Assembly: GCA_021129515.1 (NCBI GenBank)
Contig: JAJOLD010000001.1
Coordinates: 164,850-228,849 of the forward strand
Length of the DNA stretch: 64,000 bases
Source of the DNA: Minisyncoccota bacterium
Lineage (GTDB): Bacteria > Patescibacteriota > Minisyncoccia > Phycocordibacterales > UBA918
Direction of reading: 5' to 3'
Below, piece after piece: positions 1-10,425 of the stretch. Each line of letters opens with the position of its first letter. Positions within the stretch are counted from its first letter, which is position 1. The notes under the pieces are model-generated. The model saw only the letters and a program-made list of their open reading frames with translations, was not told where the DNA came from and did not search any database. The position numbers and the translations under genes are program-made.

Positions 1-427
1 CGGTTGCGCCAAAGAGTGCCAGGAAAGCCGTGAGGAGGAAGCTCCCACAGGCAGCACACCCAATACCAAAAAACCCACTTATCACACCCCCAAGACTTGT
101 TGCGCCTACCCCCTTGATACTGCGCACACCACCACGCATGGTACGTATGTAGTATGTGAGCAACGCCACATTGATACCAAAAAGTATCGCAATCAATATG
201 GTGTATGTAGCAGCTACTGTGGTGAAATTGGTTCCTATCACTCCATAGAGGCTGAGTAGGAATTTTGCCTTCATAACTACTGTGAACATAGGCGAAGCGA
301 GGACTGTGCCTACGAGCGCAAGGTTAGACAGCCACACAGAAAAGGTGAACACCACCAGCGAAACCACTGCCGCGAGTATCGCGTACAGTGGTTTCCTAAA
401 AACAGTGTGTAGTGTTGCCCACACCAT
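1..427 (-). CDS. integral membrane protein with TM-embedded CxxC, N-terminal part only (gene runs off left edge); possible redox partner of adjacent DsbA
   Basis: manual translation of rc 1-427 gives MVWATLHTVFRKPLYAILAAVVSLVVF...GIGCAACGSF, hydrophobic throughout; start 5 nt after dsbA-like stop. Confidence 0.4.
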   Translation of the reverse strand, partial: MVWATLHTVFRKPLYAILAAVVSLVVFTFSVWLSNLALVGTVLASPMFTVVMKAKFLLSLYGVIGTNFTTVAATYTILIAILFGINVALLTYYIRTMRGGVRSIKGVGATSLGGVISGFFGIGCAACGSFLLTAFLALFGAT

Positions 428-432
428 ACGTA

Positions 433-1176
433 TTACTGCTGTCGTGCTGCGTCGATAAGCTGCTGTACAGAAGGAAGCGGCAACGCACCATTAACAGGGA
501 GTGTGGTGCCATTTGGAGTCACAATAATACTCCATGGCGTACCGCGCCCGCCAGTTGCAATAGCGTTTTCAATATCTTCCTGAATGCGTGCATCGTGTCG
601 ATTGCTTTCATAACAATCATTAAACGCCACTCTATCAAGCCCCATCTCATCAACAATACGCGGAATCAATGTTTCAACATCGGTACGGTTGTTTGATGGT
701 GATAGCTCGAGATATCGGTCAGCAAAGGTCCAGAAACCATCGTTACCACCAAGTTCGGCAGCACATTCAGAAGCAAGGGCTGCTGCACGCGCTTTTACTG
801 GATGGAGTGATTCCAACGGAAACTGACGATACACCCAGGCTACGTCTGGATTGTCTTCGACAATAGTATACATGGTTGCATGAAATCGCTTACAGAACGG
901 ACACTCAAAGTCTGAGTATTCAACCACCTTAATTGGCGCATCAGGATCACCAAGAATGTGGTCACGCTCGTCGACTGCCCGAACGAGGTTAGTAGTGTCT
1001 TCTGGTTCAGCAGGTGCCGTTGGCTGTGCTGCTGCCGGATACGTTGGTGCTGCAGGTGGTGTCGTGCTGCCACCACTACTGAAGTATAGTCCACCTGCGA
1101 TGAATGCTCCTGCGATAACAATTGCAAGTGGGGTGAGGTATGGATTAGCTGTTTGTTTCATGATGTAGATTAACAA
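433..1176 (-). CDS. DsbA-like thioredoxin-fold thiol:disulfide oxidoreductase, membrane anchored
   Basis: N-terminal TM helix, CPFC active-site motif (SDFECPFCKRFH), 247 aa. Confidence 0.7.
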   Translation of the reverse strand: MLIYIMKQTANPYLTPLAIVIAGAFIAGGLYFSSGGSTTPPAAPTYPAAAQPTAPAEPEDTTNLVRAVDERDHILGDPDAPIKVVEYSDFECPFCKRFHATMYTIVEDNPDVAWVYRQFPLESLHPVKARAAALASECAAELGGNDGFWTFADRYLELSPSNNRTDVETLIPRIVDEMGLDRVAFNDCYESNRHDARIQEDIENAIATGGRGTPWSIIVTPNGTTLPVNGALPLPSVQQLIDAARQQ

Positions 1177-1199
1177 TTAGGTTAACTATGAGTAATGCG

Positions 1200-1580
1200 T
1201 TACGTCCGTTGCGTACTATCGTACAGTATAGGATGCAAGATACCACTTCCAAAAAATTCTGAAAGATAGCAATATCTCCGTATTGATGTACCTCTGTATA
1301 CTGCAGGCATTGTACTGTATACAGGCAACCGCACGAGCGCATATGGCACGATACTACCAAGCAACATTGCGCTCAAAAGCAATAATAATAACAATGTATG
1401 TGTATCGGTAATAGTAATTTCGGTGATGGTACCAATAATTGCACACGCACCATGCGTGTTGCCATCATCAGCAATGACTGGGTCGAGTGTGGTACATGCA
1501 ACAATAGTAATACTCAAGAGCATGATCAAAAAGACCATACTTCGTTCTATATACGCATTTGTGTGCCACCATCGTTTCAT
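1200..1580 (-). CDS. hypothetical small membrane protein (doubtful ORF, overlaps opposite-strand ORF)
   Basis: ORF track only; hydrophobic N-terminus; 3' part runs through palindrome-rich probable promoter region of dsbA-like gene. Confidence 0.15.
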   Translation of the reverse strand: MKRWWHTNAYIERSMVFLIMLLSITIVACTTLDPVIADDGNTHGACAIIGTITEITITDTHTLLLLLLLSAMLLGSIVPYALVRLPVYSTMPAVYRGTSIRRYCYLSEFFGSGILHPILYDSTQRT

Positions 1581-2022
1581 ACAATCACTCTATGATACCA
1601 AACAAACAGTATTACGCACACACTGCACTAGGCTTGAAAAAGTGCTCATACAGGGGTACTGTGTGAAGAGATGTGTTGATACGGAGAGTGCCATGAGCGT
1701 AATTTCACTTCCTAATCGAAACAAGTCACCAAGCGTATTGCAAATACGAGCTCAGCGATGTGGTGCATTCCACGAATTACTACAGGAGCTGCCTACATTA
1801 CTTCCCACTATACTAACCTTCGATAGTATAGTGGGGATATTATCTGTAGATGAAAAAGCAATGACTAATCTTTGGCGGGCATACACACATAATAAAACCG
1901 TTATACTTGTATGTGTGTCAGCATATGGTCTCCGCCTGTTTCTGGAGACACGAGCATCTTTTGATGCAGCAATAGAGAGAAACTATTTTATATGTGCAGA
2001 GTGTCAACAACGTTGTCGCTAA
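1423..2022 (+). CDS. hypothetical protein (weak); followed by a 41-aa ORF 2033-2158 and hairpin 2128-2160
   Basis: ORF track; no recognisable motifs. Confidence 0.2.
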   Translation: MMVPIIAHAPCVLPSSAMTGSSVVHATIVILKSMIKKTILRSIYAFVCHHRFIQSLYDTKQTVLRTHCTRLEKVLIQGYCVKRCVDTESAMSVISLPNRNKSPSVLQIRAQRCGAFHELLQELPTLLPTILTFDSIVGILSVDEKAMTNLWRAYTHNKTVILVCVSAYGLRLFLETRASFDAAIERNYFICAECQQRCR

Positions 2023-2247
2023 ACTCTTTCGGACGATGCCAAGCTTGACACTAGACGAAATACAGGCACTTCGTAAAAACAAACAAGCATTTGAGGATAT
2101 TCGGTACGTACTTGCAAGTGCTGCTGATGGCGAGCCACTTTCGTTCAACGTACTATAAGTGCGGACAAGTCACAGAAGACCCGCGGACAATGCGGGGTCT
2201 TTGCCTATCTGATTGTTTTAGTGCATAATCCTCTGGAATTTTGATCT

Positions 2248-2460
2248 TTGAAGGAGAAGCTGATGCAAAACACCTACATGGCACTGGTGCAGTTTGGTAA
2301 GAGCAAAACGGTGTGGATGTCATTTACTGACAGTACTGCATTTGAAGCGTGGCAAGCAATCAAACGCGCAGATATAGATGAGGGTAGGACTATAATACTC
2401 AAGAGAAATTGCACACTTGAGTATGCAAAAGCGAATCCCGTGTTTCCTGCTGCCGTATAA
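2248..2460 (+). CDS. hypothetical small protein
   Basis: GAAGGAGAAG Shine-Dalgarno 6 nt upstream of ATG; terminator hairpin follows. Confidence 0.4.
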   Translation: MKEKLMQNTYMALVQFGKSKTVWMSFTDSTAFEAWQAIKRADIDEGRTIILKRNCTLEYAKANPVFPAAV

Positions 2461-2476
2461 CAGTGCCTTACACACA

Positions 2477-2505
2477 AAAAAGGTCCGCAAGATTGCGGAC
2501 CTTTT
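2477..2505. terminator. bidirectional rho-independent terminator (aaaaggtccgcaa-gat-tgcggacctttt) shared by 2248 ORF and atpC
   Basis: 12-bp perfect stem flanked by A/T runs on both sides. Confidence 0.6.
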
Positions 2506-2519
2506 CAATATGTATCAAT

Positions 2520-2771
2520 TTAAATAAGCAGAATCGCGCGGTTGTTGCTGACCTCGAGGGTACCGTTTTTGAGGTCGTGGGTTTCTACGTCTCCGTCAGG
2601 CTTGGTGACTTTGATAGTGCCTTTACGGAGTGAGGTGATGATGGCTGCGTGGTGTGCGAGGATTTCCATGTCACCTTCGGTACCAGGCACTGAGAGTGAG
2701 ATTGCGTCACCATCAAAGACGGGACCGTCTACTTTGGTAACTGTTACGTGGAGAAGTTCTTGGTTTGACAT
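2520..2771 (-). CDS. atpC: F1 ATP synthase epsilon subunit (short form, beta-sandwich only)
   Basis: 83 aa, position at end of atp operon, epsilon-like N-domain sequence. Confidence 0.75.
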   Translation of the reverse strand: MSNQELLHVTVTKVDGPVFDGDAISLSVPGTEGDMEILAHHAAIITSLRKGTIKVTKPDGDVETHDLKNGTLEVSNNRAILLI

Positions 2772-2869
2772 GATAGTTAGCGCTTAGTACGTAGCTCATA
2801 GTACTTAAGTTTGCCTGCGGCAAAGTGGTACTGATTGCTGTGTTTTGTTGGTAATATTTTGGATTTTGT

Positions 2870-2895
2870 TGTCATCCTGAATTTAGTTCAGGATC
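2870..2895. repeat. REP-like hairpin repeat copy 1 (tgtcatcctgaa-N-ttcaggat)
   Basis: same palindromic element recurs at 4399-4428 and inverted at 41281-41310, with similar flanks (ttgcctgcggcaaagtggta / ttgcctttggcaaaaaagta). Confidence 0.6.
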
Positions 2896-2938
2896 TTATG
2901 AGATGCTGAAACGAGTTCAGCATGAGACGGTTTCGGGC

Positions 2939-4324
<1,386 letters not shown>

Positions 4325-4398
4325 TTAGCTCTTAGCACTTAGTTTTTGCCTTTGGCAAAAAAGTAATGAATAATGTAATTTAATAAATCTTGTCTTGC

Positions 4399-4428
4399 AT
4401 GTCATCCTGAATTCAGTTCAGAATGACA
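4399..4428. repeat. REP-like hairpin repeat copy 2 (tgtcatcctgaattcagttcagaatgaca)
   Basis: 12-bp arms, 5-nt loop; in 347-nt atpG-atpD spacer. Confidence 0.6.
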
Positions 4429-4665
4429 TCTAATTTGACTCTTTGTAATAACTCAACGTACTGCTGAGTATCTGAGGTAGGAGTGTTCCTGCTCCAGATA
4501 CTCGGCACTACATATTGTGTTTTCTCATGTCTCAAAACCTGAGATGTTTCCACCTTGGAGGCTTGAGTTGAGCATAATTCAAGGCGTGCGAGGAAAATAT
4601 TTTAAGGTGTATTGACTTATACAGTGCAAAATATTTTCCGAAGCACAACACAGAAGTATGCCAAA

Positions 4666-5574
4666 TCAAGTCTTCAAGGCTTCGATACCGCCCGTAATCT
4701 CTGATACCTCAGCGGTGATCACTGCCTGCCGTTCCTTGTTAAAGCGCAGTGTCAGTTCCTTTTCAATTTCCTTTGACTTGTCGGTTGCGCTCTTCATCGC
4801 AACCATACGCGCAGAGTGCTCTGAGGCTTTGCTCTCGAGCATCGCGCGGTAGACCATGATCTGCACCAATTTTGGAATAAGAGATTTGAGCACCTCTTCT
4901 GGGTTTGGTTCGATGGTGTAGGTATGCTCACCCAAATCCTTTTCTTCCTCACTGTAGCGACCGGTCTTCGGTAAGATATCGCGCACCATCACCTCAAGCA
5001 CGTTTGGCTCAAGCGGCAGTACCTGACGAGTAAGGGCGTTCTGTTCAAATGTTGAAACAAAGTTTTGATATGCAATCGATACCTTGATGTACGCACCCCG
5101 ATCGAACATGCTTGTCACAAAGTCGATGAGGTCGTACATGTCATCGAGTTCTACATTGTCACTAATGTTGGTATATGACTTGTCGAGCATGTACCCTTCA
5201 CGGCTACAAAACTCCACCGCTTTTCGACCAAAGGCAATCATGCGCATGCGCTCCTTTTCGCCTGCAAATGACTTCTCAAGGTTCTTGAGTACTGCACTAT
5301 TGAGACTTCCTGCAAGCCCTTTATCACTCGTGATAACAATACAGCAGTGGTGTCCCTCGGCAGTATCACTCGGGGTCTCAAAAAAATGCTTTCCGTCGAG
5401 ACTGTTGCTGATACGGTGCAGAATGCGGATTGCTGACTCAGCGTACGGTTTCCCCGCGATTGCGCGCTCCTGACTTTTGCGCATCTTAACCGCAGAAACA
5501 GACTCCATCGCCTTGGTCACCTTGCCAGTCTTTTTGGTTGAAACTATTTGGTTTTTAATTTGTTTGAGACCCAT
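4666..5574 (-). CDS. atpG: F1 ATP synthase gamma subunit
   Basis: 302 aa, gamma N- and C-terminal helices (MGLKQIKNQI...ITGGIEALKT). Confidence 0.9.
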   Translation of the reverse strand: MGLKQIKNQIVSTKKTGKVTKAMESVSAVKMRKSQERAIAGKPYAESAIRILHRISNSLDGKHFFETPSDTAEGHHCCIVITSDKGLAGSLNSAVLKNLEKSFAGEKERMRMIAFGRKAVEFCSREGYMLDKSYTNISDNVELDDMYDLIDFVTSMFDRGAYIKVSIAYQNFVSTFEQNALTRQVLPLEPNVLEVMVRDILPKTGRYSEEEKDLGEHTYTIEPNPEEVLKSLIPKLVQIMVYRAMLESKASEHSARMVAMKSATDKSKEIEKELTLRFNKERQAVITAEVSEITGGIEALKT

Positions 5575-5600
5575 AGTGGTGTGTAATGATTACTTGATCA

Positions 5601-7166
5601 TTAAGCTTGATAGAAGTTTGGATGCGCTTCTTTGAATGCTGGAATTGATTCGGTCAGTGCTTTTTCGGTTTCTTCAGAAATTGCTTTTTCTGACTCAATA
5701 CTTTCAAGTACGGTCCTGTGATCACGTTCGATGAAGCCTTGGTATGCTTCCTCAATTTCCTTCACTTGCTCCACTGCTGCACCATCAAAGATGCCGTTGT
5801 TTGCTGCAAAGAGAATGACTACCTGCTTGTAGAACGCAAGTGGCTGTCCCTGCACCTGCTTCAAGAGCTCGGTGAACTTACGACCGCTTTCGATACGTGC
5901 CTTGGTTTCTTCATCGAGGTCACTTGCAAACTGCATAAATGCTTCAAGTTCACGGAACTGTGCAAGTTCAAGACGAATCTTTCCTGACACCTTCTTCATT
6001 GCTTTGGTCTGTGCAGCACTACCGACACGAGATACGGAAATACCCACGTTCAGTGCAGGTCGAATACCTTTGTTGAAGAGATCGGTCTCAAGGAAAATCT
6101 GTCCATCGGTAATTGAAATCACATTGGTTGGAATGTATGCAGATACGTCACCTTCTTGTGTTTCAATGATTGGAAGTGCGGTAATAGAACCACCGCCAAG
6201 CTTTTCTGAAAGCTTGGCTGATCGTTCGAGGAGTCGTGAATGGAGGTAGAAAATGTCTCCCGGGTATGCTTCTCGTCCTGGAGGTCGTCGAAGCAAGAGT
6301 GACATTTGTCGATATGCAACCGCGTGTTTTGAAAGGTCATCAAAAATAACGAGCACATCCTTTCCTTGCTCCATGAAGTACTCACCAATAGCTGCTCCTG
6401 CAAATGGTGCGAGGAACAACAGTGGTGATGGCTCAAATGGAGAGGTCGTGATGACGGTGGTGTACTCCATTGCACCAGCTTCTTGGAGCTTACCAACGAT
6501 ACCAGCAGTTTTGGACTGCTTCTGTCCAATTGCAACATAAATACAGATTGGACGTGTCGCTTCAGGTTCGTACTTCTGGTTGATGATGGTGTCGATGGCG
6601 ACAGTTGTTTTACCGGTACCACGGTCACCAATAATAAGTTCGCGCTGCCCGCGACCAATAGGAATCATGGAATCCACTGATTTGATACCAGTGTGAATTG
6701 GTGTATCAACGCCTGAGCGCTCCATCACACCGTATGCAACGCGCTCAATTGGCATGTCTTTGTCAGTTTTGATGGTGCCCTGTCCATCAACAGCTTCACC
6801 AAGTGGATTGATGACACGTCCAACGATATCTTCACCAACCGGAATAGAAAGCAACTTTCCAGTTCGGCGCACCTGCATACCCTCCTGTACCGCAGTGGTG
6901 TCACCAAGGACAACCACCTTCACCGCATTTTCCTCAAGGTTGAGGATGAGTCCGTAGAGTACGGCGTCAGACGCAATGGTCTCTTCGAGTGTTTTACCGT
7001 CACCATCGTCAAAGACGACCATCTCCATCATCTGTGCAGATGCGAGACCATCGATCTCTGCGATACCGTCTCCGATACCGGTCACCACACCGATTTCCTC
7101 AGCTGCGACTGATGCATCGATGTTTTCGATTTCCTTTTTGATTCGTTCAATAATTGCTGTACTCAT
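5601..7166 (-). CDS. atpA: F1 ATP synthase alpha subunit
   Basis: P-loop GDRGTGKTT, 521 aa. Confidence 0.97.
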   Translation of the reverse strand: MSTAIIERIKKEIENIDASVAAEEIGVVTGIGDGIAEIDGLASAQMMEMVVFDDGDGKTLEETIASDAVLYGLILNLEENAVKVVVLGDTTAVQEGMQVRRTGKLLSIPVGEDIVGRVINPLGEAVDGQGTIKTDKDMPIERVAYGVMERSGVDTPIHTGIKSVDSMIPIGRGQRELIIGDRGTGKTTVAIDTIINQKYEPEATRPICIYVAIGQKQSKTAGIVGKLQEAGAMEYTTVITTSPFEPSPLLFLAPFAGAAIGEYFMEQGKDVLVIFDDLSKHAVAYRQMSLLLRRPPGREAYPGDIFYLHSRLLERSAKLSEKLGGGSITALPIIETQEGDVSAYIPTNVISITDGQIFLETDLFNKGIRPALNVGISVSRVGSAAQTKAMKKVSGKIRLELAQFRELEAFMQFASDLDEETKARIESGRKFTELLKQVQGQPLAFYKQVVILFAANNGIFDGAAVEQVKEIEEAYQGFIERDHRTVLESIESEKAISEETEKALTESIPAFKEAHPNFYQA

Positions 7167-7183
7167 ATGCGTTGCGTGAATAA

Positions 7184-7570
7184 TTAGCGGGTTGCGGCCC
7201 GATAGAGGTTAATAAGTGTACGTTTAAACGTGTTGTTAATAGTTTTTTGGTGTGCGGTTACCTGGTAGCCACCGATGAGCGTGTCGTCGATATGTGTTCG
7301 ATACTCCCCTTCGGCGCCAAGTGTTTTGAGTGCATCTTCAATCTGTGTTTTGTATTTTAAGGTATCAGTGTCGGTGCGGATTGATACCGTTGCAACAGCA
7401 GTTGCATTTTGCTGCTCGATATCAGTGACGAGCTGTGTGAGGATGTTACGAAGTAACCGCTCATGACCACGCTTTTTAAGGAGCGCAGTGAGCTTTGTAA
7501 GCACGGCATCAAACGAAGTGTCTTCGTTTAGCATGAGCAGTGCTGCTTTGCTGTAGTCGGTTACATTCAT
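7184..7570 (-). CDS. atpH: ATP synthase delta (OSCP) subunit, short
   Basis: 128 aa, operon position between atpF and atpA. Confidence 0.7.
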   Translation of the reverse strand: MNVTDYSKAALLMLNEDTSFDAVLTKLTALLKKRGHERLLRNILTQLVTDIEQQNATAVATVSIRTDTDTLKYKTQIEDALKTLGAEGEYRTHIDDTLIGGYQVTAHQKTINNTFKRTLINLYRAATR

Positions 7571-7585
7571 GTTTAATACAAAATA

Positions 7586-8032
7586 TTACTGTTTCTCGAT
7601 GAGAATGCGTTCAGCAGCAAGGACGGCAATTTTTGCCACTTCTGCTTCACTCTCCTTCTGTGCTTTTGCTGCGAGTTCTTCCCCTTTTTTCACAGCATCA
7701 GCGACGATATTCTCTGCACGAGACTCTGCGTTTTTCACGATGTCAGCACCCTGTGCTTCAGCGTGTGCGCGAGCATTCTGTGCAGTTGTTGCAGCTTCTT
7801 CATTTGCTGCAGCGACGATGCTGGCACGCTCTGCATCAGCGGCGGCACGTGCCTGCTTTGCAGCGTCTGCATCACGCACTCCTTCCTCGATCTTTGCTTG
7901 CCGCTCAGACAAAATTTTCAATACGGGAGTGTAGAGGAAATACCACAACCCCACCATGAGGATGAAGAAGTTTATGATCTGGATGACGATGAGTCGTGCA
8001 TCAACACCAAATGTGCTTATAATCTCGTGCAT
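7586..8032 (-). CDS. atpF: ATP synthase Fo subunit b
   Basis: single N-terminal TM then long Ala/Glu/Lys-rich coiled coil. Confidence 0.8.
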   Translation of the reverse strand: MHEIISTFGVDARLIVIQIINFFILMVGLWYFLYTPVLKILSERQAKIEEGVRDADAAKQARAAADAERASIVAAANEEAATTAQNARAHAEAQGADIVKNAESRAENIVADAVKKGEELAAKAQKESEAEVAKIAVLAAERILIEKQ

Positions 8033-8083
8033 ATAATGGTTTTTTAGTTACTGAACTGCCAAAGTCAGCCACGCTACGTAAAA

Positions 8084-8317
<234 letters not shown>

Positions 8318-8381
8318 TTATTTCTTACTAATAAATAAGTGAGAGGGACACACGGTTTAGTGGGGCTCCCTCACCTACCTA

Positions 8382-9155
8382 CTAGTGTGGTTCTTCTATC
8401 GCGAGCTTGATGAAGAATAACGTCAGCGTCGCAAAGATAAATGCCTGAATAAACCCAACAAATATCTCAAACGCCAACAATGGTACCGGTACAACGTACG
8501 GCACAAAGAAGAGTGCCACAAGAATAAGGGTTTTTCCAGCAAAAATATTTCCGAAGAGACGGAATGAAAACGACACAAGACGCGCCAACTCACTGATAAG
8601 CTCAATAATACCAATAAGGAACCCAAGTGGTGACTTGAAGTTGATAAACTTCCCTGCGTATTTCACAAATCCAAGCATCAACACACCGGCGATCTCAATG
8701 GTGAAGAACGCCACAATAGCAAACGCAATGGTGATATTGAGGTCAGTGTTACCTGGATACAGAAGTGGAATAAATTTCTCATGGCCGTGTGATTCTCCAT
8801 AGAATCCAATTGAGGTAACGCCGGGCAGGAGCCCCACCCAGTTAATCGCAAGTACAAAAATGAAAATAGTGAGAATGAGCGGGAAGAATTTATTTGCGAG
8901 CTTCTCGCTGCCGAGTGTGTCTTTAATGTATGAAAATGCCCCGCCTACCAATGTTTCCATAGCAGCCTGCCCCTTGCCTGGAATAAGCGCAATATTACGC
9001 TTAAACAAAAATGCACCCACTAACACAATGACCATAACGAACCATACGGTAATGAGTGTATTGGTGATAGGTACACCAAAGGCGTACCCGACTATTTCCG
9101 GGGCAAGGTGGATTGCAATACCATCTCCTGCGGCGTGTGCTGTTTCTACTGCCAT
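8382..9155 (-). CDS. atpB: ATP synthase Fo subunit a
   Basis: multi-TM, conserved Arg in SFSFRLFGNIFAGK. Confidence 0.9.
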   Translation of the reverse strand: MAVETAHAAGDGIAIHLAPEIVGYAFGVPITNTLITVWFVMVIVLVGAFLFKRNIALIPGKGQAAMETLVGGAFSYIKDTLGSEKLANKFFPLILTIFIFVLAINWVGLLPGVTSIGFYGESHGHEKFIPLLYPGNTDLNITIAFAIVAFFTIEIAGVLMLGFVKYAGKFINFKSPLGFLIGIIELISELARLVSFSFRLFGNIFAGKTLILVALFFVPYVVPVPLLAFEIFVGFIQAFIFATLTLFFIKLAIEEPH

Positions 9156-9172
9156 ATCAATCCGTGCAAGTA

Positions 9173-9385
9173 CTATTGCACGCGGGCAGTATATCCTAAC
9201 CTTTCAATCTCTTCAACAATGTTCTGTACGGAAACCTCGTTGAGATCTACTTCAAATATCCCCTTTTTATTATCGAGATCAATATGTACGAATTCCACAC
9301 CATGCAACATCTCGGTCATGGTTTGAATACCAACCACACAGTGGTTTGAGCGAATACCTGAAATGGAGATTTCAATCTTGTCCAT
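9173..9385 (-). CDS. small protein with HMA-like ferredoxin fold signature (no CxxC); longest ORF to 9457 uses TTG
   Basis: MDKIEISISGIRSNHCVVGIQT...; immediately upstream of atpB. Confidence 0.3.
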   Translation of the reverse strand: MDKIEISISGIRSNHCVVGIQTMTEMLHGVEFVHIDLDNKKGIFEVDLNEVSVQNIVEEIERLGYTARVQ

Positions 9386-9416
9386 GGGTATAGTATATAG
9401 TACGTTGAAAATATAC

Positions 9417-9445
9417 TTGACCTTCGAGTGCAAAACTCGTATTAT
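9417..9445 (+). promoter_or_regulatory. sigma70-like promoter TTGACC-17-TATTAT reading into the tRNA-Ala locus
   Basis: consensus -35 and -10 hexamers with 17-nt spacer; identical hexamers at 63547-63575 upstream of rpmG. Confidence 0.45.
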
Positions 9446-9482
9446 AGGCAGGTTCAATTTTTTGAACGCCCATTTTTTATAC

Positions 9483-9504
9483 GGGCCTGTAGCTCAGTTT
9501 GGCT
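9483..9504 (+). pseudogene. tRNA-Ala 5' fragment (acceptor 5' strand, D-stem 5' strand, D-loop), 22 nt, followed by hairpin 9509-9535
   Basis: GGGCCTGTAGCTCAGTTTGGCT matches first 22 nt of the full tRNA-Ala with one change. Confidence 0.7.
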
Positions 9505-9542
9505 GGGGTTGAAAAAGTCTGGGGGACTTTTTCAAAGTTTTG

Positions 9543-9583
9543 ATTTATAAATTAACAAATGAGTTTATTGTTCAGTGCACTGT
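9543..9583. repeat. left arm of ~45-bp imperfect inverted repeat flanking tRNA-Ala
   Basis: atttataaattaacaaatgagtt...ttcagtgcactg is the reverse complement of 9659-9704. Confidence 0.7.
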
Positions 9584-9658
9584 GGGCCCGTAGCTCAGTT
9601 TGGCTAGAGCACCTGTTTTGCACTCAGGAGGTCGCTGGTTCGAGTCCAGTCGGGTCCA
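9584..9658 (+). tRNA. tRNA-Ala (anticodon UGC)
   Basis: cloverleaf folds manually; G3:U70 Ala identity pair; T-loop TTCGAGT; CCA not encoded. Confidence 0.9.
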
Positions 9659-9704
9659 CAGTGCACTGAACTTCAAACGTGAACTCATTTGTTAATTTAT
9701 AAAT
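9659..9704. repeat. right arm of inverted repeat flanking tRNA-Ala
   Basis: reverse complement of 9543-9583 with one indel. Confidence 0.7.
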
Positions 9705-9722
9705 ACTCAGGAGGTCACTGGT
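9705..9722 (+). pseudogene. partial tRNA-Ala copy (anticodon-loop 3' side through T-stem 5' strand), 17/18 match
   Basis: actcaggaggtcactggt vs tRNA ctcaggaggtcgctggt. Confidence 0.6.
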
Positions 9723-10033
9723 GAGAAGCGAATACTTGGAGTGAGAAGTGCTGGGAGCACTTTGCAAGAGGTTAACTGCTGCGCAAGCAGCGACAACCTG
9801 AACAGCTTCAGTGTGAAGTCGCAAGACCTTGGGAGATATTTCTGGAAGCATGAACAGAAATATCCTCAAGGTTGAAACAGGATGTTTCAAGAGGTTGTCA
9901 GTCACGTAAGTGACGACAACCTATACTGCATTTGTAAAATGCACAGAATCTGTATGCAAGGCATTCTAAAACTGCATTCGTAATCCAGATAAAAGTAAAC
10001 TTTATATCTGGTTACTCATTTGTTTTAGTAAGA

Positions 10034-10055
10034 TTCGAGTCCAGTCGGGTCCACA
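10034..10055 (+). pseudogene. tRNA-Ala 3' fragment (T-loop through acceptor 3' strand and discriminator)
   Basis: ttcgagtccagtcgggtccaca identical to 3' 22 nt of tRNA-Ala; separated from 9705-9722 by ~310-nt hairpin-rich insert. Confidence 0.7.
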
Positions 10056-10123
10056 ACACATAAGAAAACCTGCCCTGCGGTAGGTTTTTGCGTTGTGGAA
10101 GGTAAAACTATATTTTTTCTATT

Positions 10124-10190
10124 CCTACATTAAAAAATATTTTTGCCCGGGCAGGTGCTAGTTATGAGCGTTAGCGTGAGAAATGACTTA
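10124..10190. repeat. copy A of tRNA-flank mosaic repeat (cctacat...aaaaata...cccgggcaggt)
   Basis: shares motif with 52776-52844 and 54848-54915. Confidence 0.55.
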
Positions 10191-10425
10191 ACGTCATTTT
10201 GCAAGACTCACTAAGATATTTGAAGTATGAGAAATATCTTAGTGAGTAGACAGTTCCTGTAAGGAATTACTAGCGAACGACACCAGAAGGTCTCGCTTTG
10301 CTTTCGTTTCTATGTGGAAGGCGAAGCGCTGTGAGTTGCCCCTTACCTAGGGTGACGAACCGAGGGTCCGAACAGGAGGTTCTTAGCAAACAAAGTGAAC
10401 TTAGAAACCTGACGTCATCAGAAAA

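Noticed and set aside
9624-9905. 93-aa ORF on minus strand across the tRNA-Ala locus
   Set aside because: Lies antisense over the tRNA-Ala gene and its inverted repeats; no coding signal; treated as spurious.
9483-10055. tmRNA (ssrA) reading of the split tRNA-Ala-like ends with G3:U70
   Set aside because: 5' fragment has a normal D-stem/D-loop rather than the tmRNA reduced D-analog, no tag-peptide reading frame ending in AA-stop was found, and a complete tRNA-Ala sits inside; consistent with tRNA pseudo-copy, not tmRNA.
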